Of a stretch of DNA of 64,000 bases, positions 54,575-64,000 are shown one piece after another; the stretch's first letter is position 1; each line of letters opens with the position of its first letter. The DNA comes from Bacilli bacterium (lineage in GTDB: Bacteria > Bacillota_I > Bacilli_A > ML615J-28 > CAG-698). A model generated the notes under the pieces. The model did no database searches, was not told where the DNA came from, and was given only the letters and a program-made list of their open reading frames with translations. The stretch is from the NCBI GenBank assembly GCA_050953065.1, contig JBMNLZ010000002.1, positions 480,001 to 544,000 on the forward strand, given 5' to 3'. The position numbers and the translations under genes are program-made.

Positions 54575-55833
54575 TATTTACTTTAAAAAATGCTAGAATT
54601 TATATGAATAATAAATTCTTACAAAAAGATATTTTGGTATCAGATGGTAGGATATCTGAAATTGATACAGATATTGAAGAAGGAAGAATAATAGATTGTA
54701 AGAATAAGTTAGTTGCACCTGCTTTTATTGACCCGCATGTTCATGGTAGACAACCAGGATATGAATATAAAGAAACTATTGCAACAGTTACTAAAGCTGC
54801 TGCAAAAGGTGGCTATACTAAAATCTTTTTGATGCCTAATTTAAAACCTGTTCCAAGCAATTTGGAAAATCTGAACTTGATTTTTAATATTATAAAAAAA
54901 GATGCTTTAATTGATTGTTATCAATTAGCATCAATTACTAAAAATCAATCAGGAAAAGATGGATTAAGTGATATTGAAAGGTTAGCTCCTTATGTTGTTG
55001 GATTTTCTGATGATGGGAAGGGCGTAGTTGATAGCGGAACAATGTATGAGGCAATGTTGAAAGCTAAGAAATATAATAGAGCAATTCTAGCTCATGCTGA
55101 AGATGAATCGCTTCTTTATGGTGGGGTAATTCATAAAGGGCAAATTAGTGAGGAACAAAACATACCAGGCATTCTTTCGGCTAGTGAAACTGTACAAGTA
55201 GCAAGAGATTTAGTGCTAGCAGAAGCAACAAAAGTTCATTATCATTTATGTCATGTATCAGCTAAAGAAACTCTTTCTTTAGTTAAATATTTTAAAGATA
55301 GAGGCGTTAATGTAACGGTTGAGGCTACACCTCATCATATTTTGTTAAATGAAACAGATTTAAAAGATGATGGAATTTATAAGGTTAATCCACCGCTTCG
55401 TAGTAAAGAAGATCAAGAAGCAATTATTAAGGCTCTTCAAAATGGTGTGATTGATATGATTGCAACAGATCATGCTCCACATAGTGAAGAAGAAAAAAAT
55501 AAAGGGTTATTAAACTCTTCCTTTGGTATGGTTGGAATTGAAACTTCTTTTGGATTATTGTATACTTATTTGGTTAAACAAAAGAAGATAAGTTTAGAAA
55601 AACTTTTAGATATGATGAGTCTAAATGTAAGCAAAGCATTTGGAATTGAGAGTAATCAAATAAAAGTTGGAAATAGTGCTAATTTAGTCGTTATTGATTT
55701 AGAGAAAGAGTTTATTATAGATAAGAATAAATTTGTAAGTAAAGGGAAAAACACTCCTTTTAATGGATATAAATGTTTTGGACAAATTATAATGACGGTT
55801 TCAAAAGGGGAAATAGTATATGAATTACAGTAA
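54571..55833 (+). CDS. pyrC: Dihydroorotase (type I)
   Basis: 'DPHVH.R.PG', 'MPN..P', 'TPHH', 'KVNPPLR', 'ATDHAPH'. Confidence 0.96.
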   Translation: MIFTLKNARIYMNNKFLQKDILVSDGRISEIDTDIEEGRIIDCKNKLVAPAFIDPHVHGRQPGYEYKETIATVTKAAAKGGYTKIFLMPNLKPVPSNLENLNLIFNIIKKDALIDCYQLASITKNQSGKDGLSDIERLAPYVVGFSDDGKGVVDSGTMYEAMLKAKKYNRAILAHAEDESLLYGGVIHKGQISEEQNIPGILSASETVQVARDLVLAEATKVHYHLCHVSAKETLSLVKYFKDRGVNVTVEATPHHILLNETDLKDDGIYKVNPPLRSKEDQEAIIKALQNGVIDMIATDHAPHSEEEKNKGLLNSSFGMVGIETSFGLLYTYLVKQKKISLEKLLDMMSLNVSKAFGIESNQIKVGNSANLVVIDLEKEFIIDKNKFVSKGKNTPFNGYKCFGQIIMTVSKGEIVYELQ

Positions 55834-56893
55834 AAAGATAGTTTTAGAAAATGGAATAGTTTTTGAAGGAATTGGATATGGTGCTGATGCTGAAGTGATT
55901 GGTGAAATATTGATAAATACTTCAATGGTAGGATATCAAGAAGTTTCTGCTGATTCGGTTTATCTAGACAAAATTGTAGTTATGACATATCCTTTAATTG
56001 GAAATTATGGAATCAATTCTGATTATGATAAAACTAAAAAAATGAAGCCTTCAGCGTTAGTTGTTAGGGATTATAATGATAAACCATCTAACTTTAGATC
56101 AATTAAATCTTTAGCAGAACTTGCTGAGGAAAATGGGGCTGTAATTTTATCAGATATAGATACAAGATATTTAACGAATATCTTAAGAAAAGAAGGTTCG
56201 ATGATTGGTATTATTACTGATACTTCTAATTCGTTAGAATATTGTATAGAAAAAATTAAAGCATATAAAGAAAAACCTAAAACAACTTCAAAAGTTAGTG
56301 TTAAGAAGAAATGGGTTTCAAAAACTGAAAATCCGAATTATGATGTTGTTGTAGTGGATTTAGGAACAACTGTTGAGCTAGTTAATGCATTAAATCAAAA
56401 TAGATGTAATGTAACTGTTGTTCCAATTACTGTCAAAGCAGAAGATATAAAAGAATTACATCCAGATGGAGTAATTTTATCAAATGGACCAGGTAATCCT
56501 GAAGATTATACGGAAGTAATAGATTTAGTTAAAAAGATTCAAGGTAAATTACCTTTGAATGGAATTTCTCTTGGAATGCAAATTATAGCTTTAGCAAACA
56601 ACGCTAAAACTAGAAAATTAGAATTAGGACATTTCGGTTGTAATATTCCTGTAAGAGAAATTGAAAGTGGTAAAATAAGAATTACTACACAAAATAGTGC
56701 ATATGAAGTAATTGAGGACTCTTTAGAAAAAACTGATTTTGAAATTGTTTTTAAAAATGTTTTGGATAATACTATTCAAGGTATCAAAGATAATAAAAAG
56801 TTAATTTATGCAATTCAATATTATCCTGATGAATCAACTGATTTTTATGGCATCTTTATTGAAAATATCAAAATACAGAAGCAGGGGGCCTAA
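55820..56893 (+). CDS. carA: Carbamoyl-phosphate synthase small subunit; catalytically degenerate (Cys to Ser, His to Tyr)
   Basis: 'NTSMVGYQE', 'YPLIGNYG', 'LSNGPGNP', 'GISLGMQ', 'IQYYPD'. Confidence 0.93.
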   Translation: MNYSKKIVLENGIVFEGIGYGADAEVIGEILINTSMVGYQEVSADSVYLDKIVVMTYPLIGNYGINSDYDKTKKMKPSALVVRDYNDKPSNFRSIKSLAELAEENGAVILSDIDTRYLTNILRKEGSMIGIITDTSNSLEYCIEKIKAYKEKPKTTSKVSVKKKWVSKTENPNYDVVVVDLGTTVELVNALNQNRCNVTVVPITVKAEDIKELHPDGVILSNGPGNPEDYTEVIDLVKKIQGKLPLNGISLGMQIIALANNAKTRKLELGHFGCNIPVREIESGKIRITTQNSAYEVIEDSLEKTDFEIVFKNVLDNTIQGIKDNKKLIYAIQYYPDESTDFYGIFIENIKIQKQGA

Positions 56894-56896
56894 ATT

Positions 56897-59800
56897 ATGC
56901 CAAAAAGAACAGATATAAAGAAAATCTTAGTTATAGGATCTGGACCAATTGTAATTGGTCAAGCGGCTGAATTTGACTATGCAGGAACCCAAGCTTGTCT
57001 TGCTTTAAAAGAAGAAGGATATAAAGTAGTTTTGATAAACTCAAATCCAGCTACAATTATGACAGATACAATCATTGCAGATAAAGTATATATGGAACCA
57101 CTTAATTTAGAGTTTGTATCTAGAATTATCAGAATGGAACGCCCTGATGCATTATTACCAACTTTAGGCGGTCAAACTGCTTTAAATTTAGCTGTTCAGT
57201 TATATGAAAAAGGAATTTTAGCTGAATGTAGAGTAGAAGTAATTGGAACTTCAATTGATTCTATTGAGCATGGAGAAGATAGAGATTTATTCAAAAAACT
57301 ATGTGAAAGAATTTCACAACCTGTTTTGGAAAGTTTTATTGCAACAAACAAAAAAGAAGCTATTCAATATGCTAATCAAATAGGTTATCCTATTATTGTT
57401 AGACCTGGATATACTTTAGGAGGAACTGGTGGAGGCTTTGCAGATAACGATGCTCAATTATTATATTTAGTTGATAATGCTTTAAGTTTATCTTCAAATA
57501 ATACTGTTTTGATTGAAAAATCAATTAAGGGTTATAAAGAAATAGAATTTGAATGTATGAGAGATCATAAGGGGACAACTATTACTATTTGTTGTATGGA
57601 AAATATTGATCCAGTAGGTGTACATACTGGAGATTCAATGGTAGTTTGTCCGAGTCAAACTCTTGCAAGCAAAGAATATAATATGTTAAAACAAGCAAGC
57701 ATAAAAATTATTCAAGCTTTAGACATTATAGGTGGTTGTAATATTCAGTTTGCACTAGACCCTAATAGTTTTGATTATTATGTGATTGAGGTTAATCCTC
57801 GAGTTTCAAGATCATCAGCTCTTGCTAGTAAAGCAAGTGGTTATCCAATTGCTAGAGTAAGTTCAAAAATTGCAGTTGGTTTAAATTTAGATGAAATCGA
57901 TCTTTCATGTACAAAAGCATGCTTTGAACCTTCTTTAGATTACATTGTTGTAAAATTGCCAAGATTTCCATTTGATAAGTTTGTAAAAGCTAACAGAAAT
58001 TTATCTACTCAAATGAAAGCAACTGGCGAGGTTATGAGTGTTGGTAGAACATTTGAAGAAGCTTTTTTAAAGGGGATTAGATCTTTAGAGATTGGTGTTA
58101 ATCATATTTATCTTAAAAAGATGGCTGATAAATCAACTGAAGATTTACTTAAAAAAATAGAAAAACCTACTGATGAGGGGATTTTTGTTATTGCTGAGTT
58201 GTTAAGAAGAGATATTTCTGTTAGACAAATAAATTCTGTTACTAAAATAGATGCATATTTTTTAGATAAAATTAAATTAATAATTGATTTTGAAAAAGTA
58301 TTTAAAGCAGATCCTAGTTTAGATAATATTAAAAAGGCTAAACGTATGGGCTTTTCTGATGCATATCTAGCAGAAGTTATGGGAATGGATGAAATTGAAT
58401 TTTTCTTATTAAGAAAAGAAAATAATATTTTTCCAGTTTACCATATGATAGACACTTGCGCAGGTGAGTTTGATAGTTATGTGCCTTATTTATATTCAAC
58501 ATATGAATCATTTAATGAATCAATTGTGACTGAAAAAGAAAAAGTAATAGTTCTAGGGTCTGGTCCTATTAGAATAGGTCAAGGAGTTGAGTTTGACTAT
58601 TCAACAGTGCATGCCATTTGGGGTATTAAAGAAATGGGGTATGAGGCTATTGTAATTAATAATAACCCTGAAACTGTTTCAACGGATTATTTAATTTCTG
58701 ATAAATTATATTTTGAAGCTCTAACAATTGAAGATGTAATGAATATTATTACATTAGAAAAACCAAAAGGAGTGATTGTAGAACTTGGTGGTCAAACTGC
58801 TATTAATTTAGCAGAAAGACTTGATAGATTAAATATTCCAATTATTGGTAGTGATCCTAAAGCAATTGAAAGAGCAGAAAATAGAAAAAGCTTTGAAGCT
58901 TTAGTAAGAGAATTAAAAATTCCTCAACCAAAAGGGAAAACTGTTAATAATATGGCTGATGGAATAAAGACAGCAGAAGAGATAGGTTATCCTGTTTTAG
59001 TTCGTCCATCTTATGTTTTAGGTGGAAGAGCTATGCAAATTGTTTATGAAAATGAAGGATTAGTTAGATATTTAAACGAAGCCTTCTTAGTAGACAGCAA
59101 ACAACCTGTTTTAATTGATAAATATGTAAGTGGAAAAGAAGCTGAAGTAGATGCAGTATGTGATGGGGTTGATGTTTTTATTCCTGGTATAATGGAACAT
59201 ATTGAAAGAACAGGAGTTCATTCAGGAGATTCAATTAGTGTGTATCCACCAGTATCTTTAAGTGATAAAGTAAAAGAAAAGATTTGTGAGTATACAATAA
59301 AATTAGGCCTTGAAATAGGGATTGTTGGTTTGTTTAATATCCAGTTTATTGTTGAAAAGAATGATCAAGTATCTGTAATTGAGGTAAATCCTCGTTCAAG
59401 TAGAACAGTACCTTTTATTTCCAAAGCAACAAAAGTTAATCTTGCCAACATTGCAACAAAAGTTATGCTTGGTAAAAGTTTGAAAGAACAAGGCTTTACA
59501 ACTTGTTTGCTTGAAAAAGAATCAATTTATTATGTAAAAGCTCCGACATTTTCTTATTCTAAAATTGGTGGGTTAGATGCTGTTTTAAGTCCTGAAATGA
59601 AATCAACAGGAGAAGCAATAGGATATGATTCTTCTTTAAATAGGGCATTATATAAAGCATTAAAAGCAAGTAATCAAAAAGTTATTAATTATGGAACAGT
59701 TTTTGTAACGGTATCTGATAAAACAAAAGAAGAAGCATTGCCACTGGTTAGAAGATTTTATGAATTAGGTTTTAATATTGTAGCAACAAGAGGAACGGGT

Positions 59801-60067
59801 ATGTTTTTAAAAGAACATGGTATTAAAACTAGAGTTATGAAAAAAATTAGTGAGAATTCTGAAGAAATATTAGAAGAAATTAGAAAAGGATATATTTCTT
59901 ATATTATAAATACAGTAAGCAGTTATGATGACAGTGGTACTAGGGATGGGGCTATTATTAGAAAAGTTGCAGTTGAAAATAATATTACACCATTTACATC
60001 TCTTGATACTGTAAGAGTTTTATTAGATGTCCTTGATGAAATTACTATGAAGGTGAGAACAATTTAG
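56897..60067 (+). CDS. carB: Carbamoyl-phosphate synthase large subunit
   Basis: 'MPKRTDIKKILVIGSGPIVIGQAAEFDY', 'GVHTGDS', 'EVNPRVSRSS', duplicated ATP-grasp domains, MGS-like tail. Confidence 0.98.
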   Translation: MPKRTDIKKILVIGSGPIVIGQAAEFDYAGTQACLALKEEGYKVVLINSNPATIMTDTIIADKVYMEPLNLEFVSRIIRMERPDALLPTLGGQTALNLAVQLYEKGILAECRVEVIGTSIDSIEHGEDRDLFKKLCERISQPVLESFIATNKKEAIQYANQIGYPIIVRPGYTLGGTGGGFADNDAQLLYLVDNALSLSSNNTVLIEKSIKGYKEIEFECMRDHKGTTITICCMENIDPVGVHTGDSMVVCPSQTLASKEYNMLKQASIKIIQALDIIGGCNIQFALDPNSFDYYVIEVNPRVSRSSALASKASGYPIARVSSKIAVGLNLDEIDLSCTKACFEPSLDYIVVKLPRFPFDKFVKANRNLSTQMKATGEVMSVGRTFEEAFLKGIRSLEIGVNHIYLKKMADKSTEDLLKKIEKPTDEGIFVIAELLRRDISVRQINSVTKIDAYFLDKIKLIIDFEKVFKADPSLDNIKKAKRMGFSDAYLAEVMGMDEIEFFLLRKENNIFPVYHMIDTCAGEFDSYVPYLYSTYESFNESIVTEKEKVIVLGSGPIRIGQGVEFDYSTVHAIWGIKEMGYEAIVINNNPETVSTDYLISDKLYFEALTIEDVMNIITLEKPKGVIVELGGQTAINLAERLDRLNIPIIGSDPKAIERAENRKSFEALVRELKIPQPKGKTVNNMADGIKTAEEIGYPVLVRPSYVLGGRAMQIVYENEGLVRYLNEAFLVDSKQPVLIDKYVSGKEAEVDAVCDGVDVFIPGIMEHIERTGVHSGDSISVYPPVSLSDKVKEKICEYTIKLGLEIGIVGLFNIQFIVEKNDQVSVIEVNPRSSRTVPFISKATKVNLANIATKVMLGKSLKEQGFTTCLLEKESIYYVKAPTFSYSKIGGLDAVLSPEMKSTGEAIGYDSSLNRALYKALKASNQKVINYGTVFVTVSDKTKEEALPLVRRFYELGFNIVATRGTGMFLKEHGIKTRVMKKISENSEEILEEIRKGYISYIINTVSSYDDSGTRDGAIIRKVAVENNITPFTSLDTVRVLLDVLDEITMKVRTI

Positions 60068-61715
<1,648 letters not shown>

Positions 61716-61716
61716 T

Positions 61717-62400
61717 ATGGTAATTATTGCATTAGATTTTGAAAATAGAGAAAAAACTTTTGAGTTTTTAAAGAAGTTTAATGAACAGTTATATGTAAAG
61801 GTTGGGATGGAATTGTTTTATGCAGAAGGTCCATCTATTATAAAAGATATAAAAGCCTTAGGTCATAAGATTTTTCTTGATTTAAAATGTCATGATATTC
61901 CTAATACTGTAAAAAAAGCAATGGGAAGTCTTGCAAAACTAGATGTTGATATAATTAACATTCATGCAGCTGGTGGAATTAAAATGATGAGCGAAGCTTT
62001 AGATGGTTTAAGAGAAAATGGTTCAAAAGCCTTATTAATTGGAGTTACTCAATTAACTTCAACTGATAAAGAAACAATGAATAATGAAATTATGATTCCA
62101 GGTGAAGTAATTGAAGCAGTTAAGAAGTATGCTTTAAATGCAAAAAAAGCTGGTTTAAATGGTGTGGTTTGTTCACCTTTAGAAGTAGAAGCAATTAAAG
62201 AGGTTTGCGGGAAAAGTTTTATTACTGTAACTCCGGGAATTAGACCAAAAGAAGCATCTATTGATGATCAAAAAAGAATCACAACTCCAAAAGATGCAAA
62301 AAGAATTGGATGTGATTTTATAGTTGTAGGACGTCCAATAACTAAAGCTGATAATCCAGTTGAAGCATATAGAAAAATAAGAGAGGATTTTACAAACTAA
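61717..62400 (+). CDS. pyrF: Orotidine-5'-phosphate decarboxylase
   Basis: 'IIALD', 'KVG.ELF', '[10 protein letters not shown]', 'TPGIR', 'VVGRPIT'; ATG 61717 after AAGGAG. Confidence 0.97.
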   Translation: MVIIALDFENREKTFEFLKKFNEQLYVKVGMELFYAEGPSIIKDIKALGHKIFLDLKCHDIPNTVKKAMGSLAKLDVDIINIHAAGGIKMMSEALDGLRENGSKALLIGVTQLTSTDKETMNNEIMIPGEVIEAVKKYALNAKKAGLNGVVCSPLEVEAIKEVCGKSFITVTPGIRPKEASIDDQKRITTPKDAKRIGCDFIVVGRPITKADNPVEAYRKIREDFTN

Positions 62401-63026
62401 TGAAAGAAGTAGCAAAAGCCTTATTAGAAATAAAAGCTGTATTTTTATCACCAGATAAACCATTTACTTGGGCAAGTGGAATTAAATCACCGATTTATTG
62501 TGATAATAGATTAATATTATCATACCCAAAAGTGAGAAAAATGATTGAAAATAAATTTGCTATGATGGTAAAAAATGAATTTCCGGATTGTGAGTTATTA
62601 ATGGGAACTGCAACTGCTGGAATTCCTCATGCAGCATACATTAGTGAAATCTTAAATTTGCCGATGGGCTATGTTAGAAGTAGTAGTAAAGATCATGGAA
62701 GAAATAATCAAATTGAAGGGAAGTATGAAAAAGGCCAAAAGGTTGTAGTTATTGAAGACTTAATTTCAACTGGAAAATCTTCAATTGAAGTTGTTAATTC
62801 ATTAATTGAAGCAGGAGTAGAAGTTTTAGGAATCGCATCAATTTTTACTTATGAATTAGAAAAAGCAAAACAAAACTTTGAAAGCATGAAGATAAAAACT
62901 ATCTCACTTACTAACTATTCAACTTTAATTGAAGTTGCCATTGAAGAAAAATATATTGCTAGTGATTCAATGGATAAATTAATTAAGTGGAAAAAAGATC
63001 CAAGCGATGAAAGTTGGATGCTTTAA
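62400..63026 (+). CDS. pyrE: Orotate phosphoribosyltransferase
   Basis: 'FTWASGIKSPIYCDNR', 'VIEDLISTG.S'. Confidence 0.97.
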   Translation: MKEVAKALLEIKAVFLSPDKPFTWASGIKSPIYCDNRLILSYPKVRKMIENKFAMMVKNEFPDCELLMGTATAGIPHAAYISEILNLPMGYVRSSSKDHGRNNQIEGKYEKGQKVVVIEDLISTGKSSIEVVNSLIEAGVEVLGIASIFTYELEKAKQNFESMKIKTISLTNYSTLIEVAIEEKYIASDSMDKLIKWKKDPSDESWML

Positions 63027-63039
63027 TACATAAATTGTC

Positions 63040-63069
63040 TTGACAAAACACTTAAAAGTGTAGTATAAT
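63040..63069 (+). promoter_or_regulatory. Sigma-A promoter of the T-box leader
   Basis: TTGACA-18 nt-TATAAT. Confidence 0.75.
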
Positions 63070-63091
63070 CTTTTATAGATTGATTAATATA

Positions 63092-63301
63092 GGCGTAGAA
63101 GAAATCGGAGTAGTTTTTAATAACTTACTAATAGAGAGTGTTTGGTTGGTGGAAAAACATGGAGTTTTAAAGACGAATTACAATTTTGGAGCTTATCGTA
63201 TGCTTTGCGTTAAAAAGTATAAAGAGCATCTGTTAAAGATGAAGTAAAGGTGGTACCGCGGAAAAGTTTTCGTCCTTGAATTAATTCAAGGACCTTTTTT
63301 T
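63092..63301 (+). promoter_or_regulatory. T-box riboswitch, Tyr (UAC) specifier
   Basis: GA motif GCGTAGA...GGAGC, AGTA loop-E, AGAGAG and GGTGGAA distal motifs, specifier loop GAA-T-TAC-A (63175-63182), T-box AAGG-TGGTACC-GCG (bulge 63251-63257), antiterminator partner CGT-CCTT. Confidence 0.93.
63272..63301 (+). terminator. T-box terminator
   Basis: GTCCTTGAA ttaa TTCAAGGAC plus T7; overlaps the antiterminator 3' strand. Confidence 0.9.
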
Positions 63302-63333
63302 ATAAAAATAAATTAATAGGAGAAGTAAAAAAA

Positions 63334-64000
63334 ATGAAAATTAAAATGTTTAACGGTGAAAATTTACCTTTAGAAATGCATAAGGTAAAAATTGTTCAAA
63401 AATTAAATTTAATCCCAATCGATCAAAGAAAAAAGGCAATTGAAGAAGCAGGCTTTAACACATTCTTACTTAAAAATAGAGATGTATTTTTAGACATGCT
63501 TACAGATAGTGGTGTTAATGCAATGAGCGATAATCAATTAGCAGCTATGATGGTAGCAGATGATGCTTATGCAGGGAGTGAAACATATTATAGATTTGAA
63601 GAAAAATTAAGAGAAATTATAACTTTGCCTTATATTTTACCAGCTCATCAAGGAAGAGCTTGTGAGAATATTATTAGTCATGCATATGTAAAAAAAGGTG
63701 ATATTGTACCGATGAACTTTCATTTTACTACTACAAAATCTCATATTACTCTTAATGGTGGAACAGTTATTGAGTTATTAATTGATGAAGGATTAAATGT
63801 GAATAGTAATTATCCTTTTAAAGGGAATATGGATTTAGTAAAATTAGAAAACTTCTTTAAAACAAATGGAACTGAAAATGTACCGTTTGTAAGAATAGAA
63901 GCTGGAACGAACCTAATTGGTGGTCAACCAATTTCACTAGAAAACTTCAAAGCAACTACTGCTTTATGTAAAAAATATAAAGTTAGAACAGTATTAGATG
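63334..64000 (+). CDS. PLP-dependent beta-eliminating lyase of the tyrosine phenol-lyase/tryptophanase family, 3'-truncated by the window (absent from the ORF track)
   Basis: AGGAG RBS; 'EAGFNTFLL....FLDMLTDSGVNAMSD', 'DAYAGS', 'HQGRACE', 'NFHFTTT', 'FKGNMD', 'NLIGGQP.S'. Confidence 0.92.
   Translation, partial: MKIKMFNGENLPLEMHKVKIVQKLNLIPIDQRKKAIEEAGFNTFLLKNRDVFLDMLTDSGVNAMSDNQLAAMMVADDAYAGSETYYRFEEKLREIITLPYILPAHQGRACENIISHAYVKKGDIVPMNFHFTTTKSHITLNGGTVIELLIDEGLNVNSNYPFKGNMDLVKLENFFKTNGTENVPFVRIEAGTNLIGGQPISLENFKATTALCKKYKVRTVLD

Noticed and set aside
63334-64000. Ordinary catabolic tryptophanase with a tnaC-type leader
   Set aside because: The leader is a T-box with a Tyr codon, not a Trp leader peptide, and the visible specificity residues are TPL-like. 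The C-terminal half is outside the window, so no gene symbol is given.

Overview
AT-rich chromosomal window from a low-GC, probably anaerobic Bacillota/Mollicutes-like bacterium. An Acholeplasmatales/Izemoplasmatales affinity is my inference only. The code is standard (table 11): TGG is Trp and TGA is stop. I found no mobile elements, CRISPR arrays or rRNA/tRNA genes. The left 40 kb holds Ig-repeat surface lipoproteins with GHL10, NlpC/P60 and CHAP heads, transporters, rubredoxin-FprA, NH3-dependent NadE, ProS, tandem serine proteases, NfnAB and an NCS2 permease. The right 24 kb is a 17-gene purine+pyrimidine super-operon (purE to pyrE) behind a guanine riboswitch, followed by a T-box-controlled beta-eliminating lyase. 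Three signals stand out. (1) All three class I glutamine amidotransferase domains (PurL-PurQ, GuaA, CarA) have the catalytic Cys replaced by Ser, and PurF has lost a glutamine-binding Arg, which points to glutamine-independent, ammonia-fed nucleotide synthesis. (2) A tyrosine-specifier T-box precedes a tyrosine phenol-lyase-like gene, suggesting the enzyme runs in reverse (phenol + pyruvate + NH3 to Tyr). (3) The guanine riboswitch is followed by a 25-codon leader ORF whose stop overlaps the terminator, suggesting a hybrid riboswitch/ribosome attenuator.
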